DNA of 64,000 nucleotides from an uncultured Gemmatimonadales bacterium (lineage in GTDB: Bacteria > Gemmatimonadota > Gemmatimonadetes > Longimicrobiales > Longimicrobiaceae). Position 1 is the stretch's first letter. Each line of letters begins with the position of its first letter. Positions 9,753-19,123 of the stretch are shown one piece after another. The DNA lies in the NCBI GenBank assembly GCA_963716255.1, contig OY970303.1, positions 2,496,001 through 2,560,000 on the forward strand. The letters run 5' to 3'. The position numbers were made by a program, and so were the translations under genes. The notes below the pieces were generated by a model, which worked only from the letters and a program-made list of their open reading frames with translations, searched no databases and was not told where the DNA came from.

Positions 9753-11228
9753 CTACCGCCGCACCGCCACCGCCAGGTCCGTGACGAACGGCGGCAGGCG
9801 CAGCAGCAGCCCGTCCCCGCCGGTGGCCTCCGCCTCCCAATCGCCGCGGCTCTCCCCCGCCTCCGTGTCCCACGCGGACACCTGGTAGCGCCCCGCGGCC
9901 AGACCGGGGACGCGCACTTCGGCCTGGACCGGCTCCGCGTCGCGCCGCAGCCGCCCGTCCTTGCCGATGGTGCCCTTTCCCTTCCTCAGCAGCCACACCA
10001 CCGCCTGCGCCTCGTCGCCGCAGGCGAAGCCGGCGAGCGCGGGCGTGGAGACCGTGATCTCCGCGTTGAGGTTGCGGCGGCGGAACCGGGTCCAGTCGAT
10101 CAACGGGAGGAAGCCGTCGAGGGCGCGCTGCGCGCGCCGCATCCCCGCGGTCAGCACGTGGGGGTGGCGGTTGGGCCAGCGCATCCCACCGCCCGCGCCG
10201 CCCGAGGCGAGGTGGGCCCACTGGATGTGGCGGAAGTACTCGTCGTCGAACAGCTCCGGGAGGATGACGTGGCAATCCTTGAAGGTGTGGATGGGGCCGT
10301 GCTCGCTGTCGAAGAAGGGGCGCAGGTCGCGGATCCCGGCCAGCGCCTCGCGGGTCAGGCGCCCGGCGGCGACCGCGGGCGCCACCGTGTCGCGCGGGTT
10401 GTCGATGGTGCCCCTCTCGTAGAAGTGGCTGCTGGCGAAGTCCAGCTCCGGGTGGCGGAGGATGGGGTCCACGAGCTGCGGGTGCTTCACCAGCTCCGGG
10501 CCGAACACCGACACGGTCTGCGGGTGGGCGCGGCCATGCAGGCGCGTCTCCGTGTCGCGCAGGAAGCGCGACAGGTCGGTGATGACGCCGTGGAGGTCGT
10601 CGAAGCGGTCGTCGGCCTGGGCGGGTTGGAACTCGTTCCACAGGTCCCAGGCGAAGAGCACGCCGCTGTTCCCCCAGCGCGCCGTGGCGAACTCCAGCCG
10701 CCGCTTGACCGCCTCGCGCGTCGCGGGGCAGACCAGGAGCTGCGTGCGGTCCGCGCACGGCCCGCCGTTGCCGCGGTTGTAGGGGTGCTTCTTCCAGCGC
10801 TTCCAGGTGAAGAAGGTGTCGAACGGGGTCAGCAGGATACGCATCCCCACGCGCTCGCAGACCGCGAACAGGTCGTCCCACAGCTGCACCATGTTGGGCT
10901 GGAACGTGCCCACCGGCCGCTCCAGGTAGCGGTGCTCGCGGTGCGCGTACTCCAGCATCAGCCGCAGCACGGTGACGCCGTGCTCCCGGAACCGGAGGAG
11001 GTGCGCCTCCACCCCCGCCAGGTCGCGCCGCCGGAAGAGCCCGGCCAGCTCCGGCCAGGTGATGGCGTCGTTCTGCCCCACGGGCGTCCACGCCTCGCCG
11101 TGCTCGGTGACGAAATACGGCGCCCCCGGCGCCACCGAGATCCAGGGAAGCGACCCGGTGGGGTCGGCGGGCGAGGCGGAGCGGGCCGCGCGCGGCCGCG
11201 GCGGAGCGGAAAGCAGGTTGGAGCTCAC
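9753..11228 (-). CDS. Putative glycoside hydrolase (GH5/clan A-like TIM barrel)
   Basis: VGQNDAITWP, GVTVLRLMLE, VLFAWDLWNE, FFDSEHGP; start codon (GTG 11228) uncertain. Confidence 0.7.
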   Translation of the reverse strand: MSSNLLSAPPRPRAARSASPADPTGSLPWISVAPGAPYFVTEHGEAWTPVGQNDAITWPELAGLFRRRDLAGVEAHLLRFREHGVTVLRLMLEYAHREHRYLERPVGTFQPNMVQLWDDLFAVCERVGMRILLTPFDTFFTWKRWKKHPYNRGNGGPCADRTQLLVCPATREAVKRRLEFATARWGNSGVLFAWDLWNEFQPAQADDRFDDLHGVITDLSRFLRDTETRLHGRAHPQTVSVFGPELVKHPQLVDPILRHPELDFASSHFYERGTIDNPRDTVAPAVAAGRLTREALAGIRDLRPFFDSEHGPIHTFKDCHVILPELFDDEYFRHIQWAHLASGGAGGGMRWPNRHPHVLTAGMRRAQRALDGFLPLIDWTRFRRRNLNAEITVSTPALAGFACGDEAQAVVWLLRKGKGTIGKDGRLRRDAEPVQAEVRVPGLAAGRYQVSAWDTEAGESRGDWEAEATGGDGLLLRLPPFVTDLAVAVRR

Positions 11229-11262
11229 GTTCAAACGTCTATGTCGAAGCGGGAAAGCAGTC

Positions 11263-11397
11263 GCGTGAGGGATTTCGGCCCGAAGGGGCGAGACCCGACA
11301 CCAGTATCGTCGGGGCTCGACTCCGTTAGCCCGCGTTGTTTGCGGGCTTACGGAGCCGAAGCCCACGGAACGCCCGGCGCCAGCCGGGGGCACGCCC
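11263..11397 (+). repeat. Family A repeat, copy 3
   Basis: Matches consensus, with a variant second hairpin and a small insertion. Confidence 0.93.
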
Positions 11398-11485
11398 ACA
11401 CCTGCCGTAATCAGTCACTGAGCCTACCGCCGCGTCATCCGCGCGCAGAAGTCCGCGAACTCGTCGGGGCTGGCGAGTTCGCCCC

Positions 11486-11614
11486 TTATCCTCCACCTCG
11501 GGTGAGCAGAACGCGGCCCGGCGCCGCCAGGGCGCGACAAAGGCCACGCCAGAGTGCGGCGTGGCCGTTCCCCCACGAGGAGCTCGCCGTCGGCCCGAAG
11601 ACGACCCGTTTCAT
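11486..11614 (-). pseudogene. N-terminal remnant of a CgeB/YkvP-like glycosyltransferase
   Basis: MKRVVFGPTASSSWGNGHAALWRGLCRALA resembles the SSSWGNGHAT.WRGL start of that family, then stops after 42 aa. Confidence 0.65.
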
Positions 11615-11734
11615 GCAGCCGCAGCACCCCTCCCCCGGTGGTCCTCCGCGGGTGCCGGGAGGCGTCGGCGAGCCGTACGTTTCCCGGACCGGACCGGGCG
11701 GCCGTCCGCGAAATCCATGCCCTTCGCGGGATGG

Positions 11735-11750
11735 AGCAACGTAGATGCCG
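11735..11750 (-). promoter_or_regulatory. Candidate sigma54 -24/-12 promoter
   Basis: Minus strand CGGCATC-TACG-TTGCT, about 120 bp upstream of the remnant. Confidence 0.55.
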
Positions 11751-11889
11751 CGGAAATTCCGGGACCCGCGGGGGTCGGCGGAAGGCTGGAAACCGATGGA
11801 GCAAGGTGGTTGAAGATGCCGGGTTCCGGGGCGGGCGCAGCAAGGACGGCTGCATGGAACGGGTTCCGGACGGCGGGGTGCGCGCCGGA

Positions 11890-12219
11890 TCAGCCGGGAG
11901 GCGGTCCGCCCGCGGGCTCTTCCGGCGGCAGCATGGCCCCGATCTGCTCCAGGGCGCCCTGCAGGGTGACGGTGTAGCGGAAAAGGTCGGGCCGGCGCTG
12001 TCCCAGCTCGCGCACCAGGTTGGCGAGCGAGGAGGCGAGATACGCCTTGTTGGGCACCTCCACGCCGTACAGCAGGTTGATGGCCCCCCCGGCGTCCATC
12101 TGCATCTCGCGCGGGCTGCCGTACAGCTGCCGCGTGAGCCGGCGGACGAGCCGGTCCAGCGTGGCGTGCAGGCGGCGCAGGTCCTCCGTGGGCTGGGCGG
12201 GCTGAGCGGACGGGTCCAT
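11890..12219 (-). CDS. Hypothetical small helical protein (109 aa)
   Basis: ATG 12219, protein-like composition, host-like codon use; no recognised motif. Confidence 0.6.
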   Translation of the reverse strand: MDPSAQPAQPTEDLRRLHATLDRLVRRLTRQLYGSPREMQMDAGGAINLLYGVEVPNKAYLASSLANLVRELGQRRPDLFRYTVTLQGALEQIGAMLPPEEPAGGPPPG

Positions 12220-12337
12220 GGGGCCGGGGAACGGAGTGCGCGGCAGAAGGCGTGGCTTCGGGACACCCGAGGTCAAAGCTCGACCGTGGACCCGGCGGAC
12301 GCAAGGCTCCTGCCGAGCGGACGCCAGCACCAGCCCC

Positions 12338-12466
12338 GCGTGAGGGACTACGGCCCGAAGGGGCGAGACCGCGCGGCTGTTTGCGCGGGCTCGACTCCGT
12401 TACGCACGGTTGTTTCGTGCGTAACGGAGCCGAAGCCCGACCCCGGCGCCAGCCGGGGGCACGCCC
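12338..12466 (+). repeat. Family A repeat, copy 4
   Basis: Matches consensus. Confidence 0.95.
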
Positions 12467-12519
12467 AAACCCGCTGTTGAACACCGTCCCGCCGAAAACG
12501 GATCGATCGACACAACCCG

Positions 12520-15009
12520 TCAGCTGCCGTACGGCACCCCGCTCCGCGGATCCGACTCCGGCTGCTGCTGGGGCTGCGGCTGCCGCACCCGGGGCGGCCG
12601 CCCGAAGTTGTAGTTGAAGCCCAGGAACACCGCCCGCGCCCCGAACTGCCGGTCGGTCTCCTGGATGAACCGCCCGTCGTCGGTGCGGACGTTGAACCGC
12701 ATGGTGTTGAACGGGTCCATCACGCGCAGGCTGAGGCTGGACCGGTCGCCCCGCAGCTTCTGCCGCACGGACAGGCTGGTCATGGAGAACGCGGACACCC
12801 GCCCCTGCTCCACGTTCATGGGGGCGCGGTACATGTACATCCCCTGCACGTCCAGCGTGGGGCTCACCTTGTAGCTGGCGTTCACCCGCGCGGACCAGGT
12901 GAAGGCGCTGGTGTCGAGGTCGGGCGAGACGTTGCTCCCGTCGGTCTCCATCTGGAACACGTTGAAGCTGCCGAAGCCGCTGAAGCGGTCGCCCAGTCGC
13001 AGCGAGCCGGTGACGTCGGTGCCGTAGGAGTCGCTGGTCGCCAGGTTGGAAAAGGTGCTGGTGCTGACGCCCAGGTCGCTGACCGTGCGGGTGCGCCGGA
13101 TCACGTCCTCGGTGCGCCGGAAGAACGGCGTCACCTGCAGGGAGCCTCTGGGGAAGGACTGCTGGTAGCCCAGCTCCAGGGCGTGGGTGAACTCCGGCGT
13201 GAGCGACGGGTTGCCCACGATGACGTTGCGCTCGTCCTCGTGGAAGGCGAAGGGGTTCAGCAGCTGGGTGCTCACCCGCTGGATGCGCCGGGAGTAGCTC
13301 ACCTTCACCTGGCGGGTGTCGCTCAGGTTGTACGACGCCAGGCCGCTGGGGAAGTAGTTGACCTGGTCGTTGGCGTAGCTGTCGCCGCCGCCCAGGTCGA
13401 AGTCGGAGGTGGCGCGCTCCACCCGGAGCCCCGCCTGGAGGTCCGCCCTGCCCAGGTTCTGGCTGACGACGCCGTACACGGCGTGCACCTGGTCGTCGTA
13501 GCTGAACTCGTTGCTGTTCCCGTCGCGGACCCACAGGTTTTCGGGGTACGAGAAGCTCTGCAGCAGGTAGTCGTTGTCCAGCCAGCGGAGCGAGCCCTTG
13601 TACCCGGTCTCCAGCTTGGTGCGCGGCCCCAGCCCCCGCGTGTAGTCGGCCTGGAAGGTCAGGTTGTCGTTCACCGCCGCCATGCGGGTGCTCGCCAGCT
13701 CCGACTGGTCGCCCAGCACCGCCCCGTCCACCGTCAGCGAGTCCACGGTGAACAGGTTGCGAGTCCAGAAGTCCGCCCGGTTGAAGCGCAGCTCGGCGAC
13801 GAGCTCGTCGCGCTGGGGCTCCACCGTGCGGCGGAACGCCAGCGAGGCGTCCAGGTTGTTGTCGCTCCCCCGGTTCGCGGTGACGTCGCGCGAGCGGCCG
13901 AACACGTCCTGCTCGGCGTCGAGCCGGAAGTAGTCGTTGCTGGTGTCCAGCTCGATGTCGCGGTCGCCGAACAGGAAGCTGGCGGACAGGGTGTTCTGCT
14001 TGCCCAGGCGCAGGTCGGCGCTGGTGTTGAGCACGTTGCCCAGGACGTCGGCGGTGCCCAGGATCTCCTGCCGCTGGAACGCGAAGGCGTTGGGACGGAC
14101 CAGGCTCTCCAGCAGGTTGTAGCCGTTGGTCTCGCGGTTGTCGACGTTGAGGCCGTAGCTGCCGAAGAGGGTGAGCGGCCCCTGCTGGTAGCCCAGGTTC
14201 CCGGAGGCGTTGTACCGGTTGCCGGTCCCGGCGCTCGCCATGACCCCGCCGCTGAGCCCCAGGTCGGCGTTCTGCTTCATGACGATGTTGATGATCCCCG
14301 CCATCCCCTCGGGGTCGTACTTGGCCGAGGGATTGGGAACCACCTCCACCCTCTCGACCATGTTGGCCGGGAGCTGCTGGAGGAAGCCGGCGAGCTGGGC
14401 GCCGCTCATGGGAGCGGCGCGGCCGTTGAGCTGCACGGCCACGTTGGGGTTGCCGCGCAGGCTCAGCTTGCCCTCGCCGTCCACTTCCACGGAGGGGACG
14501 CTGCGCAGCACGTCCGTGGCGGTCCCCCCGGCCGGCGCCAGCTCGCGCGCGGCGTACGTGTTCCGGTCGGGGGCCAGCGCCACGGCGGAGCGCTCCGCCC
14601 GCACTTCCAGCCCCTCCAGCGCCACCGCCGACGCGGCCAGGCGGATCTGCCCCAGGTCGGCCTGCGGCGCCTGCGGCGTGAGCGCGACCCGGGGGGTGGC
14701 CGCCGTGTACCCCAGCGCGCCCACCCTGAGGTAGTAGCTCCCGGGGCGCAGCCCCTCGATCCGGAAGACGCCGTCCGGCCCGGCCACGGCGCCGGTCACC
14801 AGCGCCGAGTCGGCGGCGCTCCACACGCCCACGCTCGCGGAGGCGACGGGGCTTCCGGTGGCCGCGTCGAGCACGGTGCCGCGGATCACGCCGGAGGGGG
14901 CCTGGGGCCTCGCCCCGGCGGGCGGCCCCTGCGCGGGGACCTGTGCATGGACCGCCGCCGGAAGTCCCGCGACGACGAGGGCGAGGAGGGCACCATGGAT
15001 ATGCCTCAT
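12520..15009 (-). CDS. TonB-dependent receptor / outer-membrane beta-barrel with carboxypeptidase-regulatory-like N-domain
   Basis: Signal peptide, plug motifs DVLRSVPSVEVD and VERVEVVPNPSAKYDPEGMAGIINIV, GNPSLTPE, terminal GFNYNFG. Confidence 0.92.
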   Translation of the reverse strand: MRHIHGALLALVVAGLPAAVHAQVPAQGPPAGARPQAPSGVIRGTVLDAATGSPVASASVGVWSAADSALVTGAVAGPDGVFRIEGLRPGSYYLRVGALGYTAATPRVALTPQAPQADLGQIRLAASAVALEGLEVRAERSAVALAPDRNTYAARELAPAGGTATDVLRSVPSVEVDGEGKLSLRGNPNVAVQLNGRAAPMSGAQLAGFLQQLPANMVERVEVVPNPSAKYDPEGMAGIINIVMKQNADLGLSGGVMASAGTGNRYNASGNLGYQQGPLTLFGSYGLNVDNRETNGYNLLESLVRPNAFAFQRQEILGTADVLGNVLNTSADLRLGKQNTLSASFLFGDRDIELDTSNDYFRLDAEQDVFGRSRDVTANRGSDNNLDASLAFRRTVEPQRDELVAELRFNRADFWTRNLFTVDSLTVDGAVLGDQSELASTRMAAVNDNLTFQADYTRGLGPRTKLETGYKGSLRWLDNDYLLQSFSYPENLWVRDGNSNEFSYDDQVHAVYGVVSQNLGRADLQAGLRVERATSDFDLGGGDSYANDQVNYFPSGLASYNLSDTRQVKVSYSRRIQRVSTQLLNPFAFHEDERNVIVGNPSLTPEFTHALELGYQQSFPRGSLQVTPFFRRTEDVIRRTRTVSDLGVSTSTFSNLATSDSYGTDVTGSLRLGDRFSGFGSFNVFQMETDGSNVSPDLDTSAFTWSARVNASYKVSPTLDVQGMYMYRAPMNVEQGRVSAFSMTSLSVRQKLRGDRSSLSLRVMDPFNTMRFNVRTDDGRFIQETDRQFGARAVFLGFNYNFGRPPRVRQPQPQQQPESDPRSGVPYGS

Positions 15010-15530
15010 GAAAGCGTCTTCCTGGACGGGTGTGGATCCCGCTCCCGCCGGGGCACGGCAGGGAGCCGGGAGGGTACGGGTCGCCGGGGAGCGCCGCCCC
15101 CGGAACCATAGACACGCGAGCCCACCGAAACGTTGCCGCCACGTTGTGCGGCGGCGATGCGGCTGGTACACTGCGGGATGGCCGCGGGGTCCCACGGATG
15201 GGAACGCCGCGGGGCCCGCCGACCTTTCCCGTGCGAGTATCCGCGCACGGACACCCTGCTGCCGGGACGCTTCGATTGCCTCCTTGCAAGCGCTCCGGTG
15301 ATCCCTTGCGTGGTTGGCGGCCCGGGGTTACTGTGCGAATGGCAGGCAATCGCTGGCAGGATCTATGCGCCGGGGTGCGCTCCCCGGCCAGAGCGGTTCC
15401 GCCAGGATCTCCGCGCCCCACTTCGCGGTCCGCGGGCCGCGCCCGGTGCTCCCCGCCCCGGTCGAATTCCCCTGTGGCGCCTGTGGACCGCGGCGCTCCG
15501 TCACCCACCGTCACCCGGCCGGAGGCTCCC

Positions 15531-16217
15531 ATGAGGGACATGAAGGAAACGCTGGCGAACGTGCTCACCGTCGTGCTCACCCTCTGTGCCGTGGTGGTCA
15601 CCGGGCTGGTGGTGCGCAGGGAGTTCTTCGCCCCGCGGCCGCCGGACCCGAGCGCGGAGCGGGCGGTGAAGGGGTGGGAGCCCCTCGCCACCGGCGCCAG
15701 CGTGCTCGGCGCGGCGAACGCCCCGGTCCGCATCATCACCTTCTCGGACTTCCAGTGCCCGTTCTGCGCCCGGGTCAACGAGGGGATCGACCGGGTGCTC
15801 GCCAACGACCCCCGGAGGGTGGCCGTGGTGTACCGCCACTTCCCGCTGGAGGCCATCCACCCCCACGCCTTCGCCGCCGCCAACGCCGCGGAGTGCGCCG
15901 GGGCGCAGGGCCGCTTCGAGGCGTACCACGACGCTCTCTTCGCGGGGCAGGACTCCATCGGCAAGCGCGGCTGGGAGCGCTATGCCCAGGACGCCGCCGT
16001 CCCCGACATGGCCGAGTTCGGCCGCTGCGTGGCGGAGGACCGCTTCCACGCCCGCATCGCGGCAGACCAGAAGGCGGGGGAGAAGCTGGGCGTAAGCGGG
16101 ACCCCGTCCTTTATCTTCGAGGGCCGCATGATCACCGGGGCCGACGCGCCCGACCGGCTCGACGCCTGGGTCAAGGAAGCGCTCGCCCGCAAGGGCGGCA
16201 CGGTGGCCAGCCGGTAG
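15531..16217 (+). CDS. Membrane-anchored DsbA-family thiol-disulfide oxidoreductase
   Basis: N-terminal TM helix, FSDFQCPFC, YRHFPL, GVSGTPSF; GGAGG RBS. Confidence 0.92.
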   Translation: MRDMKETLANVLTVVLTLCAVVVTGLVVRREFFAPRPPDPSAERAVKGWEPLATGASVLGAANAPVRIITFSDFQCPFCARVNEGIDRVLANDPRRVAVVYRHFPLEAIHPHAFAAANAAECAGAQGRFEAYHDALFAGQDSIGKRGWERYAQDAAVPDMAEFGRCVAEDRFHARIAADQKAGEKLGVSGTPSFIFEGRMITGADAPDRLDAWVKEALARKGGTVASR

Positions 16218-16483
16218 GCGCGGGCGCGGACGGAAGAGGGCGCCGCGAGGCGTTCCGGGCGGGGGCGGGAGCGGGAGCTCCCGCCCCCGCTCCGCTTTCA
16301 CTCCTCCCCGGCCCGCCGGGCCGGAGGCAACCCTGCGCGCCGGAGCGGCGTCTCACTTCACAGGACGCCATACGGAAGCGGCACGCCGGCCAGGCGCGGA
16401 GCTGTCATCTTGTATGCGCCGATAGCTTTGGATATGTTTCGCGTTCTCAATCCAATCCCCCCGATCCTCCTACGCGCGTCCCC

Positions 16484-17683
16484 ATGATCCGCTCCCGCCG
16501 CACCTTCGGCATCGCCGCCGCCCTGGTGGCGCTCCTGGCGCTCTCCACCGCCATCTACGCCCGCATCCGCGGCGAGGGCGAGGACGCGGCGAGCTCCGCC
16601 GCGGGAGAGTCCGCGGCGGGGGATTCCGCGGCCGGCGCGGGCACCTCGGCCTCCGGCACCTTCGCCACCGACGTGGCCATCCCGGTGCAGGGGACCAAGG
16701 CCAGCCGGGGGACGCTGGTGGTGGCGGTGAGCGCCGCGGGCCAGGCGGAGGCGTGGAAGCGCACCATCGTCACCGCGCAGGTGACGGGGCGCATCGCCGG
16801 GCTCCCGGTGCGCGAGAGCGACATGGTGGGCGCGGGGCAGCCGGTGGTGGCGCTGGACCCCGCCGAGTACGCGCTGGCCGTGCAGGAGGCGCAGGCCTCC
16901 GTCCGCGACGCGGAGGCCAAGTTCCGCGAGCAGACGCTGTTCGACGAGCGCATCACCGACGTCGCGACGCGTGAAGAGCGGGCCAGGGTGGCGCGCTCCA
17001 AGAGCGGGCTGGAGGGCGCCGAGGTCCGGCTCCGCCGGGCGCAGCTCGACCTGCAGCGCACCCGCCTGGGCGCCCCCTTCGCCGGCCGCATCGCCGACGT
17101 CAAGGTGACCAACGGCCAGTGGGTGCAGCAGGGCGCCGAGCTGATGACGGTGGTGGACCTGGATCCCATCCGCGTGGAGGTGCAGGTGCTGGAGAGCGAG
17201 GTGGGCTTCCTGGCCCCCGGCCGCGTCGCACGGGTGTCGTTCGCCGCCTTCCCCACGGAGCCCTTCGCCGGCCGGGTGGAGACCATCAACCCCGTGGTGG
17301 AGAGCGGGACCCGCACCGCGCGCGTCACGGTGCTGGTTCCCAACCCGCAGGGGCGCATCCTCCCCGGGATGTACGCCCGCGTATCGCTGGACGCCCGCCG
17401 CTTCGAGAACCGCGTCCTGGTGCCGCGCACCGCCATCCTGGAGCGCGACCGCCGCACCATGCTCTTCGTGTACGACGGCGACGACCGCGGCGGCCTGGCC
17501 AAGTGGCGCTACGTGACCACCGGGCTGCAGAACGACTCGCAGGTGGAGATCGTTCCCAGCGCGGAAACGGACAGCGTCGCCCCCGGCGAGACCGTGCTCA
17601 CCGACGGCCACTACACCCTGATCCACGACGCCCGCGTGCGCCTGGTGGACGACGTCAAGAAGGCGGGGGGCCGGCCGCAGTAG
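16484..17683 (+). CDS. RND efflux periplasmic adaptor (MFP)
   Basis: N-terminal TM, lipoyl halves (AQVTGRI, APFAGRI), ILPGMYARV. Confidence 0.93.
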   Translation: MIRSRRTFGIAAALVALLALSTAIYARIRGEGEDAASSAAGESAAGDSAAGAGTSASGTFATDVAIPVQGTKASRGTLVVAVSAAGQAEAWKRTIVTAQVTGRIAGLPVRESDMVGAGQPVVALDPAEYALAVQEAQASVRDAEAKFREQTLFDERITDVATREERARVARSKSGLEGAEVRLRRAQLDLQRTRLGAPFAGRIADVKVTNGQWVQQGAELMTVVDLDPIRVEVQVLESEVGFLAPGRVARVSFAAFPTEPFAGRVETINPVVESGTRTARVTVLVPNPQGRILPGMYARVSLDARRFENRVLVPRTAILERDRRTMLFVYDGDDRGGLAKWRYVTTGLQNDSQVEIVPSAETDSVAPGETVLTDGHYTLIHDARVRLVDDVKKAGGRPQ

Positions 17684-17752
17684 CGCCCCCGGCCCCGATC
17701 CCCTCGGCGCCTCTCCCGGCGCCGCCGTCCATTCCCGCCCTGCCGCGAGCCC

Positions 17753-19105
17753 ATGAAGTACCTCGCTTTCACCGCAGTCGTGCTCGTCGCCGTGTCCCCC
17801 CGCCTCGCCGCGCAGGGAACGCCGCGTGACCTGTCGCTCGACGAGGCGCTCCGCGTCGCGGAGCAGAACAACCCCGACTACCGCAGCGCGCAGAGCGGCG
17901 TCCGCGAGGCCTCCGCGCGCGAGCGGGAGAGCATGGGCGCCTTTCTCCCGCAGCTGAGCACCAGCCTTTCCTTCAACGGCACCATGTCCGCCAGGCGGGT
18001 GGGCGAGGACGAGTTCGGGAACCCGCTCCCCGCGGGTGAGGTGAGGGAAAGCACCCGCTCCAGCACGGGCCACGGAGCCCGCCTGGGGATTCCGCTCTAC
18101 GAGCGGGGACGGATGAGCGAGGTGAAGGCGTCCCGCGCCGACTCGCGCGGGGCGGGCGCGGCCGTGGAGGTGGAGCGCGGCAGGGTCCGCGGCGAGGTGA
18201 AGCGGCGGTACCAGGACGCGGTGCGCGCCGAGCGCCTGATCGAGCTGGAGGAGCAGCTCCTCGCCTCGGCGCGGGAGCGGCTGGACGCCACCCAGCGGCT
18301 GTTCCGCATCGCGGCGCAGGGGATGGTGGAGGTGCTGGGCGCCGAGGTGGAGGTGGCGCGGCAGGAGCAGGCGGTGGACCAGGCGCGCGGCGACGCCCGC
18401 AAGGCCAAGCTCGCCCTGGGCGAGGCGATGGGGACGCTGGACGTCGAGGGCACGAAGCTCACCACCGGGCCGGTGGAGGTGTTCGACCCGGCGTCGCTCG
18501 GGGTCGACTCGCTGGTCACGCTGGCCACGCGCGGGCACCCGCGGCTGGCCGTGGCCGCCTCCGACGTGACCGCGGCGGACTACCGGGTGAGCGCGGCGCG
18601 CGGCCAGCGCTGGCCCAAGGTGGACGCCAGCCTGGACTACGGCCGGAGCTCCCTGCGCCAGGACTACGACGCCTTCTCGGACTTCACCAACCCCTTCAAC
18701 CCGTTCGACCGCGACCTGTCGTTCGGGTTTTCCGTCTCGCTCCCCATCTTCGACCAGTTCCGCACCTCGGCCCAGGTGGCGCAGGCGAGCGCGGCCCGCA
18801 CGCGGGCACAGGAGTCTCTCCGCGCCACCCGGCTGGCGGTGGAGCGCGAGGTGCGGGCGGCGCTGATCGACCTGCAGAACACCTTCCGCTCGTCGCAGCT
18901 GTCGGAGCACGCCGCCAAGCTGAGCCGCGACCGGCTGGACATGGCGCGCGAGCAGTACCGGCTGGGCGCCATCAGCTTCACCGAGCTTCAGCAGGTGGTG
19001 GACCGCACCGCCGCGGCCGAGCGCGACGCGCTGCGGGCCCGCTTCGAGTTCGCCAACGCGCTCGCCACGCTGGAGGAGCGCGTGGGCGCCCCCGTCGGCG
19101 CCTGA
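17753..19105 (+). CDS. TolC-family outer membrane factor
   Basis: Signal peptide, LSLDEALRVAEQNNP, SLPIFD, EQYRLGAIS. Confidence 0.92.
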   Translation: MKYLAFTAVVLVAVSPRLAAQGTPRDLSLDEALRVAEQNNPDYRSAQSGVREASARERESMGAFLPQLSTSLSFNGTMSARRVGEDEFGNPLPAGEVRESTRSSTGHGARLGIPLYERGRMSEVKASRADSRGAGAAVEVERGRVRGEVKRRYQDAVRAERLIELEEQLLASARERLDATQRLFRIAAQGMVEVLGAEVEVARQEQAVDQARGDARKAKLALGEAMGTLDVEGTKLTTGPVEVFDPASLGVDSLVTLATRGHPRLAVAASDVTAADYRVSAARGQRWPKVDASLDYGRSSLRQDYDAFSDFTNPFNPFDRDLSFGFSVSLPIFDQFRTSAQVAQASAARTRAQESLRATRLAVEREVRAALIDLQNTFRSSQLSEHAAKLSRDRLDMAREQYRLGAISFTELQQVVDRTAAAERDALRARFEFANALATLEERVGAPVGA

Positions 19106-19123
19106 GAGGGAGATCCCACCCGT

